The translations under genes and the position numbers were made by a program. From Amoebophrya sp. A120 (lineage: Eukaryota; Protista; Dinoflagellata), in NCBI GenBank assembly GCA_905178155.1, contig CAJINV010000010.1, forward strand, positions 2,302,778 through 2,366,777: a stretch of DNA of 64,000 nucleotides, in the 5' to 3' direction. The notes beneath the pieces were generated by a model that worked only from the letters and a program-made list of their open reading frames with translations, was not told where the DNA came from and did no database searches. Shown here piece by piece: positions 1 through 12,063 of the stretch. Positions within the stretch are counted from its first letter, which is position 1, and each line of letters begins with the position of its first letter.

Positions 1-3000
1 CGTGCAACGGAGTCAAATATTAGTTAGTATACCTGTCCACCAAGCTGGTATATGTCCGGGCCAGGTCTCCCAGCCCGATAATCAAGTTGTTCCGCACAGT
101 CACGGATTCCTGCTCGTACATATGGATTGCAAAAATGTCTAGGTCCGGAAGATTCTAAACTTGTGATGCTGTCTCTGGATTTTAAAAAAAATTGTATTGC
201 ATGTTGACCAGCAAGAGGACTCCAGTTTGTGCTACGCGGAAAGGGCATTTCTCATGCGGTAGAGGCATCGCAAAGTCCTGTAAAAATCTGTGATGCTAGG
301 GCATGCATCACAGACATCTTCATGGATCATTCAAAATATGCATGACAAGTCTCAGAATCTTCCAGACCCAGACATTTTTGCATTTGATAAGACAGGTGGG
401 CCACCAAAAAGTCGATGTTTTCCTTCGCCAGCTTCCCCTTTTTCAAACACAGCTTGATCAGCGTCACAAACGCCTGCGCCCGCACGACGGTCGGGAGCTG
501 CAGTCTCTCCGTTCGTATGCAGTGCAAAAGTATCGGACTCGTATAAATGCATTACAAATTTCCTCAACATGAGAAATAAAATTTGTAATGCTGATATACC
601 TCAACAAAAAGATTTGTAATGCATGACTGCAATACGAGTACGATACTTTTGCACAGGATAGTTCGTCGCGAATACTCGTTGAATTCGGACACGTGTCCGG
701 ACGCGATCTTGCGCACGTCGAACACCGTCTGGTCGGAAATCGCGTCCGGTTTCAGCACGGCTAACTCCCCCAGCGTGAACAGGTGATTTTGCACGGCGAG
801 CCGATCTCCGTTCCGCGAGAAGTCGCCACCGTGCGCCTCGAGCACCTCCTGCGTGGCGGGGGACACGTGCCCCTGACAGAGCCACTCTAAGCGATAGGAG
901 ATGTGCGCGAGCAGGAACTGGAAGTGCTCGTTCCGCACTTTATCCGTTCTTTCCTTTGAGTCCAGAAAGTTCAAACACTGCATCATCTCCTTGATCAGCA
1001 TAGGCTCGGCGGAAAACTCGGTCAACCGCGCCGTGAAATCCTCGGATATCAAATGCAAAAATGTCTGGGTCTGGAAGGATACAGCTTGTCATGCTAAATC
1101 TGGATCATGCAAAAGTTTGTGTTGCATGATTACCAAAAGCTGTCCGTTTTTGACTAAGTTGGGAGTGAGTATCTCATGCAGGATAAGCATGATACAGATC
1201 TCACAGATTCTGTCATGCTAGATCCTGCATTCCAGACCTCATGTGTCATGTTGAACCTGCATGAGAAATCTTGTACTCTTCCAGACCTAGACATATTTGC
1301 ATTCCATATCGGAAAGCCGCACGCGGTCCTGCTCGGGAATGGTATTGATCGGGCGCTTATCAAATGTAAAAATGTCTGGGTCTGGATGATTGCGAGATTT
1401 GTCGTGCTGATCTGGCATGGCCCTTAAATCTGTATTGCGTGGCCACAAACAGCCTCTCTCGCCTGTCATGTAAAAACGCAGTTTCTTATGCGGAATACGC
1501 AGCACAGAAGCACAAAGCAACTTGTCATGCTTGGCGGCGCATTACAGTGCATTTGTTATTGACTGACTTGCATCACAAGTTTCCAGACCCAGCCATTTTT
1601 GCATTTCATAGCGTTTTTGTAAGAGCGCGAGGGTCTTGCCGGCGACGAGGTTCGCGGAGGGGTCGTCTTTCACCTTTATTGGATGTAGATTTATTGCACA
1701 AGGATCTATACCATTGTGCTGGTGGTAAGTCCTTTCAAATATTTCTCATGCACTTCTTGTTCCAATACAAGGTCGCGCATGTCTTTGTCTTAGATAACGA
1801 CGCATGAGAAAAAATCATTTCGAGTCTACTAGTCACTTCTACCTATAGTACCTTGTCGAACAACTCAATGAGCAGACTGGGTGACAATTTCGCATCCTGT
1901 GCAAAAGTATCGCACTCGTACCATTAATTGCATTTATGCATTACAAATCTCGTTCCTAAGGCAAATGCGCATTACAAATTCAAGTTGTAATGCTGAGCCA
2001 ATTTGTATTGCAATTGATACTAGTAAGTACGTTACTTTTGCAATTCATATTTCGCCTCCTCCCCCAATTCGTCCAACAGGTGCCACACGGCAATGGGCCA
2101 CCCCCGGTGGTCGGGCAAACTCGTGTTGCAGAAAGCCAAGATCTCCTTCAGGGCTTCCACTAGCTTCTCGTAGGTCCGCGTCTCGAACTTGTCAAACTTC
2201 CGGTAGTTGACCAACGCCCGCTGCAGGTATTCGATTGCCTCCGAGTCCATTTCCCGCAAAAGTGTGAAAACTTTCCCGTCGGGGATCGCGAAGGAAACAT
2301 TCTCCTGGACTGCACCCTTAATGCTGTTGTTGTTTCGCCGCTGCTGATTGTTCTTGTCGATCTTGCGCTTTTTCAGGCTCGGCTGGCTTTGCGCGACCAG
2401 TTGGAGGTTGTCATCGTCAACGTCTTGATTTACGGCGTCCAAATCCTCCACAAAATCGATCCGGGAGCGGGAAAGAGAACCGTTAGAGTTGCGATAACCT
2501 CCTCCAAGACTACTCCCGGAGTTCCGCATGATTTGGGAGTTCTCTTTTTCCTGCTTGATCCTCTGTAAGGCCGCTGGGGACGCGTTTAGCTGTGCTGCTT
2601 CTTCGTCCTGAGTCAAGTTGTTGCCCTTGTTGTTCTCGGGAGCGTCTTCCTTCCTCTCCACTGCGAAGACTTTTTTCGTCTTCTTCACGCCGCCCGGGTT
2701 TTTGCTGTCACCGAAGATGTACTTGATCAGAGGTTTGAACAGGATCTTCTCGATCACCTCTAAAGCTTTCTCCTGCACCGATACTTCCGCGTCGACCACG
2801 GCGCCAATAACGCCGTTCACCCACGTCACCCGTATTTCTTCATTGCTATCGTCGAGTTCCAAGTATTTGGTCAGGGACACAATGGCGTCTTTCCGGATTT
2901 TTACCTGAGCAGACGGAAGGATTTTTATTTTGATTGTGTAGCATCTGATTGATTGTGTACGTAGCATGAGAGCAGCCCTATAAAAGCAGTCCTGCGGTTG

Positions 3001-6000
3001 CACTGCGCATCAGAAATTGCAGTTTCCCAACGAGTCTTGCGGGTCACGAACAACTAAGCACGACAGTGAAAATAAATTTAACTCTAGTACGCTATCATCC
3101 GACAGCAACGCGGCCAACTTTTTCGGACAAAACGAAACGGCCCGGGGGTACCGTTGCGTCATATCAAAAGGAAAAGTCCCCCCACCCCATATCAAATGGG
3201 ATATCTGTGATGCAGGATTTGTGTACACAAATGCGCGCTGTCTTGCAATACGGCATCGCAGCCAGATCCGCAGCCTAGCGAGGGACATTTTGGTCTAGTT
3301 GCTTAGCATTACAAACGGCTGCCCTCTAGGCCCAACAGCATGCCAAACCGCTCCCATAATGGCAGGGAAGCCCCTGCATTTGTCTTCTTGCAAGACAGAC
3401 GTGATTTGTGGTCTCAAATCAGCAAGACAAATTTTCGGAAGCATGCCTTTTCGATATGAGGAGGGAGGATCTTTGTTCTCAATACGTCAAATAGAGGAGT
3501 TTCTGGAACATCACTACGGCTTTGGCTTTGATAACCGGCTTCTCGTCGGAAATCGTATGAATTGCAAAAGTATCGTACTCGTATACTAAATGCATTACAA
3601 ATTTCCTCAGCATGAGGGATAAAATTTGTAATGCTGACTTCCCTTATGGGAAAGATTTGTGATGCATGATTGCAATACGAGTACGATACTTTTGCACAGG
3701 ATAAATCGACTGGTCAAACAGTTTCCGGATGTTCAGCATGCCGGGTTTCACTTGGAAATTCCCGGAGTTCCGCGGAACAACGTTGTTGCCGTTCTCGCTG
3801 TACTCCACGCTGTTGTTGTTGTTCAACCGGTCATCTTCCGGCGACCCCAGAACCATGTCCAGCTCGGTGTCATTCAAGGATTTCAGACACAGGCAGATCA
3901 TCTGCAGCGCCCGGGCCCGGACGGAAGGAATTGCGTCGCTCGTCCGTTCGATCACCGCTTGGAGCAGTTGCTTCACCAACTTTGGGTGGATCCGGTTCGG
4001 GTTCATATTGGTTTATGCATTGCAAAAGTATCGTGCTCGTATAAATGCATTATTTCCTCAGCATGAAAAATAAAATCTGTCATGCGGATTTACCTTACGA
4101 AAAAAATTTGTAACGCATGACTGCAATTTTTACTACGAGTACGATACTCTTGCACAGGATATGGTTTGCTGCTCGTCGTTGTAGTTTCCGTCGACCTCCA
4201 TTGGCGTCGCATTCGGGTCCGTGTTCTTCCCGTCGTCGTCGTGCAGTAAAAGCTGCCGGGGTTTTATCGCGAGAAAAAACTTCTGTCTCAAGCTCAGAGT
4301 CTTCAAACCCTTGCTTTATTTGCAGACTGAGACTCGGCGTCGGCAATACAAATTCGCTTTTAGCATGGCACGCAAAAGAAAAAACCTGTGGCGCGTCACG
4401 TCAAAGACAAGAGATGAAGCCACGTATTTGATAAAGAATTGATGGGGCTCTTTCCTTTCTTGTCTGCCCTCGAGCATGACAGAAATAATGTCATGCACGG
4501 AAATACAATTTCTTTTTCTTCCGCATAAAAAATACGAGTTCAGAATGAAGAGCTGACAGTTTTTTCTTGCAGTAGGTTTCAACGACTCATCCTCGAAGTC
4601 CGCAATGTCGAACTTCACGGCTTTCCTGCTGGTTTCCGGCACCACCGACCCGTCCGCGTCAAACATTTCGACATCTTGCGTCAAAGTCGTGGGGCCGTTG
4701 TTCAACATCTGTGACGAACCGCCCGCCGGTTTTTTCTTCACCGAAGACTTTGGATTTGTTTTGCTGTTGTTTTGTTGTTCCCCGTCGGCTTTCGTCACAT
4801 CCGACTTCTGGGTTTGGATCCCCACATTAGAAGCAGCAGCCTGCCTTTCATCTTCGAGTCTGGCCTGTTCCTCGTACGCTTTCTCCTCCGCCTTTAAACT
4901 TTCCAACTTCCCGCTTTCCCACCCCATCAAGTTGGCACACAGTTCCGTCGCGACAGCACGACGCGAGTTCAGGGTGGAACTCATGAACCGCAGGAGAAAT
5001 TCGAAAACGCGATCCCGAGCGGCGCGGGTCATGCCCTTGAAGAGGTCGTATCCCACGAAAAAAGTTTTACAGTTACACACTTGTAGTGAATTCAGCAACA
5101 CAAATTTCTCTGCATGAGAGAGGAAACTTGTAATGCAGAAATCCTACGGGAAAACACCTATGACACGAGGCTCCTATGCACATCCGGCATGACAGAGCTT
5201 GTCTGTCTTGCTTGGCCTGCAACACAATGTGTAACTGTGACACTTTTTTCTTGCAATAGCTCGATGGTGGTGTCGACTAGCTTCTCCCGCAAGTCCGCAT
5301 ATGAGAGTGCATAACTCCCCCTCCCACTAATTTCCATGGCATGAATAGCAATACAAACACCAGCACACGTGGAGCCAGCGCATGCCAAGTTCGTGGTCCT
5401 GAGGCTGGTGTATATACTGTTTCAACTTCACCGTAATTTGTCATGCATAACAGTGACACAAGCACCGACTGGAGTTGTGGACTTTGCATGAGAAATCACA
5501 ACGAGGGGGAGTTGTGCATACTCATACCGCACGGTCCGCGACGTGGAGGCAGAGGTGCTGGTATGAATTGAAAAAGTATCGTACTCGTATAAATGCATTA
5601 CAAATTTCCTCAGCATGAGAAATAAAATTTGTAATGCAGATTTGCCTTAAGACAAAGATTTGTAATGCAAGACTTGCATTTATACGAATACGATACTTTT
5701 GCACAGGATAGCTGGATCAGGCCGACGAAAGGGTCGAGAGGGTAGTGCTGTAGTGGCCGCGTAATGAATTAAGCAGTGAATCTTTCTGTAGTCTCCGATC
5801 TCACAAACCATCGCATCGCAAATGAAATAAAATCATACGTCTCTTCTTCATCGCGAAGACGAGGATCGACGCAACTGTTTGCAAAACGCAAAGTCCATGT
5901 CAGAAAATAAGTAGAGTACATTAATTTCATACCACTTTCCGCTTCACCGTTTTCTGCACCATCGCCTTCTCCCCCCTTTTCTGTCCAATCTTGACCAACT

Positions 6001-9000
6001 GGGTTCGCAGTCCATCCTCTTTCTCGGACGCTTTCTGGGCCGAATCCGGCTCTTCCTTCTCCTCGTCATCGTTCAGAATTAGAACATTCCCGTTCTTGCC
6101 GACATGTTGATTCTTTTTCTTTTTGTTTTTCCCTTTCCCTTTCCCCTTATTGTGCTGCTGCGCGTTTTTCGGGAGGGGGGTGTTGAGACCGTCCTCTAAG
6201 TCCTTGTCTACGTCCATAGGAGGCGACTCTGCGTTGATGTTGGCGTGGTCTCCAACGGCGTCGAGAAGGTTCTGTTTTTTTTTGGGTGGGGGGGGGGGTT
6301 GGATATTATGCATGAAAAGCGGGGATTGGAGATTATGCATTCATTCTACTGTACTGTCAAGAAAAAAATTCTTGCTCTGATGTGCGTGATTTTTTACCAC
6401 TTACTGCGAAAAAATTCACTTTAAATCATAACCGAACAAAACAATATACCTTCCCAAAAAGGTCCTCCGAGTCCTTCTTTTCGCCAGAACCTTCAATGTC
6501 TTCAATCAGTTGCTCCTCAAACGTGTCGAATTCCTCCTCTCTTTCGTAGATCCGCGACTCCAGTAGCTCCGGGTACAGTTTTAGCATCATCTGCACAAAT
6601 ATCAACTGTAAAAATGTCTGGGTCTGAAAACTTGTAATGCTAAAAGTGGATGATAGCCGGATCGCAATACGCAGCCAAGCATGACAAATTTTTGAGCTAC
6701 AATGTGTTGCGTATTCCGCATGAGACGCAACGTTTTTACATAACAGATAGGAGAGCCATTTCGTGCCCATGCATCACAGATTCTCGGGTCATGTCAGACA
6801 TGCATGACAAATGTAGGAATCTTCCAGACCCAGCCATTTTTGCACTTGATAACAAACGACAAGCTCCAGGTCCGCAGCTCCTTGTCCTTTCGCGTTAACG
6901 TCGCTGGGTAGCCGCTCGTCTTCACGATCCCGATGGGGTTGATCAGGTGCGTTATGCATTGCAAATATCCCTGGATGTCTGGCTGGAAGGTTGCACCTTG
7001 TGATGCTGTGTTTGGATTCTAAAAAGATTTGTATTGCATGACCAGCAAGAACAATCCAGTTCCAGTTTGTGCTACGCGAGAAGTGCATTTGTCTTGGGAA
7101 ATAGGCATCAGGAAACCTTCTAAAAAGCTGTGATGCTAGGTCATGCATTACAGGCATCACGAGCCATGCAAAACATGCATGACAAACCCTGCAACATTCT
7201 TCCAGACCCAGACATATTTGCAGTTCATATGGGTGAAAATTTTCGAGACCATTAGGTGCAGTTCAAGGTTCAAGTTGATGTCCTTTTCCTTCTCTTGTTT
7301 TTTCTCCATCAATTCCTCGAGCATCTCTGCCCTGGACTATGCATTGCAAATATCGATCTACTAGGTCCGGACGTGTAAAGATCATGCGAGATCTGCAGGA
7401 AAAGGTAAAGGATAAGTAACAACGTTCTTTCGTGATGCATGAATACAATTGGCCAATTATTTTGCCGTGCTGTGAAACCTACTTTATCATGCCCGTGCGT
7501 TTTGCGAAGGAATCCGCAATAAGCCTGTTTAAATTTCCCATGCTGATGTCTCATGCTGTATTGTGATGTTTATCATTATTTCCTTGTTTTTATGGCGTTA
7601 GTAAGCGGCTACCTAGTTCGCTCCTTCGCTTCAACAACTACACAAATTTCCTAGAGACGACCCGGGCTGCGCCGCATTTGCAATGCATATGGACTTTCCA
7701 ACCTCGTCGTTCAGCGCCAGGGCGTTTTCCGTCTCTAAATCCTTTTGCTCCTTCATCATTGCGTCTACCTCCGCGGCCATCTCCTCCTGCGTCATCGTTT
7801 TCTCTGCCTCAACGGTTTCCAGAGTGTACTCCTTGGCGTGCCGACAGAGGTTCCGGAGGCATTTAAACACCGTGGTGAACAGCACGTACGCGCCGTCGCT
7901 GCTCTTGTCCTGCTGTATGCAAAGAAAAAACTGTTACAGTTACACATTGTGTTGCAGAGCAAGCAACAGAGACAAGCTCTGTCATGCACAAAATGCTTAG
8001 GAGCCTCATTTCATACGTGTTTTCCCTTATGATCTCTGCATTGCAAGTCTTCTCTCTCATGCAGAGAAAATTTGTGTTGCTGAATTGACAACGCACGTGT
8101 AACTGTAACACTTTTTTCGTGGGATATGCTGCTGTCCGCGTTTACTACTGGTGGGGGTTTTGTTATTTTTCGTAGCTCCCGTGGTGGCACTAGCGATGAC
8201 ACCAGCCAGATCCTGAGTAAAAACGTACCCACACCAGAGTTGTAATGCAAATCTGCATGCTGAAAATGTTTCTCATGCGGAGCTCCATGAGAAGCATTTT
8301 CTAGTCGTGTTTTGCAATTTGTCATGCTCCAATCAGCATGGTATGCTAGATCTGTGATGCTGCTGAGCTAGCTCAAACAGCACTACACTACGAATCCAAA
8401 TTTGTCATGCAAAGCAGCCAAAACTTGTGGATTTGTCTAGCCGATTCCCCATCTTGACTCTGGTGTGGGTACGTTTTTACTCAGGATAAGCTAGATTCAC
8501 CCGGTTTTCGTACACCTCGACGTCTATGAATTGCAAAAGTATCGTACTAAAGTAAAAATCGCATCACAAATTTGGCCAGCATGACAAATTAAATTTGTAG
8601 TGCGGCTTTGCCTTAAGGGAGAGATTTGTAATGCAAGGTTGCAATTTTTTCTACGAGTACGATACTTTTGCAGTTCATAACGTGGGGGTGGCAGCAAATC
8701 GCCGTCAAGTCCTCTATGGCGAAGTCCATCGCGTCGATGGCGGAGGCGATGGGAACGACCTCGAGGGTGACAGCCAACTTATTCAACAGCCCGAGAGAGA
8801 GTTTCAGTGCCTCCCGCTCTTCTGCCTTCTTCGCTTCGAGGTCCTCGGGACGCTCTTCCTCCTCAACCTCCGCAGCCGGCTCCTCCGCCCCGACAGGGTC
8901 GCCGTTTTCGTTCAGAGCGTCAGCCTGATTTACATTTGTTCTCGCATCACAAACTCGAACTCAATGTAGTTCTTCTTTATTTTTCGCATCAACCACACTG

Positions 9001-12000
9001 TGCCATTTCCATTTTTCATCACATGCCATGGGCATCTCAAAAAAACGTGTGAACAAGAAAAAGCATATAATTTCTATCCTACCAGTTCCTTGGTAAAATT
9101 CTTCTTCTTTTTTTTCTTCTGGTCTTTCTGCGTCAAGGTTTTGCACGTGTGCTTGAAGATACACCGGACCAAACTCGAGCGGAAAAACGTGGACCACGAG
9201 GGGCATGCGTCCTTGAGCTGCAGTAGGTCCAGGTAAATCGCAGACGCCGCCACTTGAATCTGATAAAGTTTTGTCGTCAAGTGACTTTTTTTTACGAAAC
9301 CGAAAGTGGATGACAAGCGAAAGAACATGAACATGATCAAAGAGTCCGCCGCGATACAGACTGCACATGAGAAAAGGTCAACTACAAACACCACCATACG
9401 TCCTTGTCCACATCCCCACTGCCGGCGCTGATAAGCTGGCCCAAGATACTATCAACTGTAAAAATGTCTGGGTCTGGAAGATTGCGAGATTTGTCATGCA
9501 TGTTTTGCTTGAGCCATGATGTCTGTGATGCATACCCTAGCAATACAGATTTTTTGCGGGCTTCTTGATGCCTATTCCGCATGACAAATGCCTTCTCAGC
9601 GTAGCAAAAATTGCATTCCGTTTGCTACTCATGCAATACAGATTTTTTTGGAATCTAAATACTGCATCACAAGTTGCATTCTTCCAGACCCAGACATTTT
9701 TACATTTGATAGATACACTGCAACTGCTCGATCCGCTTCAAGTTCTTCATGGGGCAGGTTTGGATATCGAATGCAAATATGTGTGGGTCTGGAAGAGTCG
9801 GGGCTTGTCATGCACATTTTGCATGACCCGTGAGGTCTGTGATGCTGGTGCTAGCATCACAGATTTTTGGAAAGCTTCTTGATGCTAATTAGGCATGAGA
9901 AATTATGCCCTCTCGGCGTGCCAAGAACGGACTCCTCTTGCTGCTCATGCAACACAGATATTTCTAGAATCCGCAGACAGCATTACAAGTTCCACTCTTC
10001 CATTCATCCAGGGATATTTGCAATCCATATTGGAACAAGTAGCGCCAAACCAGGTCCGCCTTCATTTCCCCCCTCTTCGGCAAGTGGTCTCCTGCGGCCG
10101 AAATCTTGTTTTTGGCCTTAGTTTTCCCGGTAGTAGACGACGAGCTGGAAGACGAGGATCCGCCCGCGGCATTAGAAGAAGTGCTGATTTTATTTCCCTC
10201 TTCATTTTCGTCGTTTTCGTTTTCGTTTCCGTCATCGTTGCGGTCCACGATCCCCAAGAGCGCCTTCTGCTTCGCCACCCACTTCAGCTCCGCGGCTGCC
10301 GGTGTGAGCCACTCGTCCACCAAAGTCTGCAGCTGCTCCAGTTGGATGTCATAGATGGACTGGCACCCGAACTCGAATTCGAGTGCGTGCTCGCTGATTT
10401 CGAATTCCTGGAAAACCTCCTGGCCAATCTGGTCCAGCGCCAGGCCTTCGAACGCCGCCTCGAGCGAGATCTTAGGGGGAAGATTCTTCGCCGCGGCGGG
10501 CATACTGGTGAGACTGTCGGCTGCACTTGCACCGGGTCGTCGAAAGTCGTGGATGCTAAAGCGAAACCGGCGTTTCGGGGGCAGAAAGGAATCTTCTGTG
10601 TTTTTCTGATCCACTGCCTTCCTTCGTTTAGAAGTTGCTGTACTTGTTCTTCGGGATGAAGAAACTTGTTCCCTGGCTGCACGGGTCGTTGAAGTACTTC
10701 TTCCGCGGGGCTGCGAGGTAGTGTATCGCCGTCGCGGTTGGAAAGACTGGCGCGAGGATGAAGCAGGTTGGGGTAATAATGAAGATAGCCCCGACCTTGT
10801 AGTTGTTCCGGGGAGCCGCTGTAGTTCTCGTTTTTGTGGTACAACTCCTTCTAGGGGCCCCCGGTGCAGCTGATGTTCCTGTAGTTCTTCTCCTTCTACA
10901 TGCCGCGGTCCGAAAACCTTCTTCTGCGTTTCTCCCCGGGCCGGCGAGCTTCGTAGTAGAGACGGTAGCTGTGTCGACCGCCGAGGGCAGGGTAAAAAAT
11001 TTTGCTGCTGCTGCCTTGATGTTCTTGGTGGAGGTTCTTTACTATCCCGTGCAGATGGTTCAGGTTCTCGTCGCCTAGGTTCTACTTGTTGTCCGCTACC
11101 TTTCGGTTCCGAAAATTGCAGCGCCCTCGGCTGTTGCACAAAACTCCGCGAGGAGGAGGAAGAGGCGGAACGTGAAGAAAGGCAAGTACTAGATTTTTGG
11201 CCCAACGCTGCAGGTCGCACTGTACTTCGGGAAGAAGATGATGATAATGCGGAAGATGAACTTGTTGTTTTCCCCACTTGCAGGAGCTGCTCACGACGTG
11301 CGGTACAACTAGATGACCGCACTACACCAGAGGACTTCTGTGCCCGTTCAGGATGTCCTCGCTCGGTCACTGCACTTCCTGGCTGCGGTCGTTGTGGTGG
11401 TCGGCCACTGCAGCTTATACTCAACAAACTATTGCTGCTCGTAGATGAAGTTCCTATGGAGTGATCCGAAACCGAATCACTTCTGGTCCTCCTGTCTTCT
11501 AAGGAAAGAGTGTCCTCTGGCGTGTTGGTCCCCTCCGAGCCGTTGTTTTCCACTACGTGTCCTTTGTTGAACGCAGTGAAGACGAGGTTAGAAGCTCTTT
11601 CCGAAACAAGATCTTTCTCGTACTTAAAATTTATACTCCTCCTGGCCCCGTCAATATCGTGCGGAAACAGGCCACCTTCTAGCGGACCACCCTCTTCAAG
11701 TACTACGCGGCCACGGGCGTCCTCGACGTCACCGTTCTCGAGTGTTTCCACGACATCGTCTACAGTTGCAATGTCGCGGTTGCTGTGGTCACGAAGTAGA
11801 GTTGCAGCTTCTTCGCGGGAAACTACAGCTGCTGAGCCGTGTGAAGTAGATGCTTCTCGTCCTTCTCCGTGGTCCCCAGTAGTTCCACCACTACTTGGGG
11901 ATGCATTTATAGTTTTTGAATTAATTTCAGCCGCTTCCTCCTGCTGCTCTAGCTCCCTCCGTCTTCGGAAGGGCGAGGGGATTTGGGGAAAAAAATTCGC

Positions 12001-12063
12001 TAGCCGATCAAACAAGGACTTCTTGTCAGCACTTTGAGGTGGGGAAGAGGAGGAGCCCGTCAT
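1..12063 (-). CDS. NCAPD3: Condensin II HEAT subunit CAP-D3; 3' end runs off the window; about 20 introners plus GT-AG introns
   Basis: Reassembled exons give RAQAFVTLIKLCL...VRNNLIIGLGDL, KIRKDAIVSLT...WVNGVIGAVVDAEVSVQEKALE and ERTSDAIPSVRARALQ, all CAP-D3-like. The Ser-rich first exon (10030-12063) joins in frame across the 9765-10029 element. Confidence 0.85.
121..389. mobile_element. Introner family A (TIR TATnnnnTGYAAAARTGTCTGGGTCTGGAA)
   Basis: TIRs; TSD gtaca/agaca. Confidence 0.9.
516..660. mobile_element. Introner family B (TIR TATnnnnTGCAAAAGTATCGTACTCGTA)
   Basis: TIRs; TSD gttcg. Confidence 0.95.
1047..1308. mobile_element. Introner family A
   Basis: TIRs; TSD tcgga. Confidence 0.95.
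1358..1610. mobile_element. Introner family A
   Basis: TIRs; TSD gcgct/gcgtt. Confidence 0.9.
1893..2049. mobile_element. Introner family B (left end CAT)
   Basis: TIRs; TSD tttcg. Confidence 0.9.
3162..3484. mobile_element. Introner family E (TIR TATCAAAAGGAAAA..CCCCC..ATATC)
   Basis: TIRs; TSD cgtca. Confidence 0.9.
3556..3703. mobile_element. Introner family B
   Basis: TIRs; TSD aatcg. Confidence 0.95.
4014..4161. mobile_element. Introner family B
   Basis: TIRs; TSD tggtt. Confidence 0.95.
4265..4574. mobile_element. Degenerate introner with C-like ends
   Basis: tatcgcgagaaaaaact...agttttttcttgcagta; TSD ggttt; removal restores frame. Confidence 0.75.
5049..5258. mobile_element. Introner family C (TIR TATnnnnnGAAAAAAGTGTTACAGTTACAC)
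   Basis: TIRs; TSD ggtcg/gctcg. Confidence 0.9.
5300..5526. mobile_element. Introner family F (TIR TATGAGAGTGCACAACTCCCCCTC)
   Basis: TIRs; TSD ccgca. Confidence 0.9.
5562..5710. mobile_element. Introner family B
   Basis: TIRs; TSD gctgg. Confidence 0.95.
6600..6851. mobile_element. Introner family A
   Basis: TIRs; TSD acaaa. Confidence 0.95.
6953..7229. mobile_element. Introner family A (variant left TIR)
   Basis: TIRs; TSD tgcgt/tgggt. Confidence 0.9.
7338..7689. mobile_element. Degenerate introner, A-like ends with unique interior
   Basis: Perfect 14-bp TIR tatgcattgcaaat; TSD tggac. Confidence 0.8.
7916..8126. mobile_element. Introner family C, opposite orientation to 5049-5258
   Basis: TIRs; TSD tgctg. 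Confidence 0.95.
8209..8488. mobile_element. Introner family D (TIR TATCCTGWGTAAAAACGTMCCCACMCCAGAG; left end GAT here)
   Basis: TIRs; TSD agcca/agcta. Confidence 0.9.
8525..8679. mobile_element. Introner family B
   Basis: TIRs; TSD acgtc/acgtg. Confidence 0.9.
9450..9711. mobile_element. Introner family A
   Basis: TIRs; TSD gatac. Confidence 0.95.
9765..10029. mobile_element. Introner family A
   Basis: TIRs; TSD ttgga. Confidence 0.95.
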
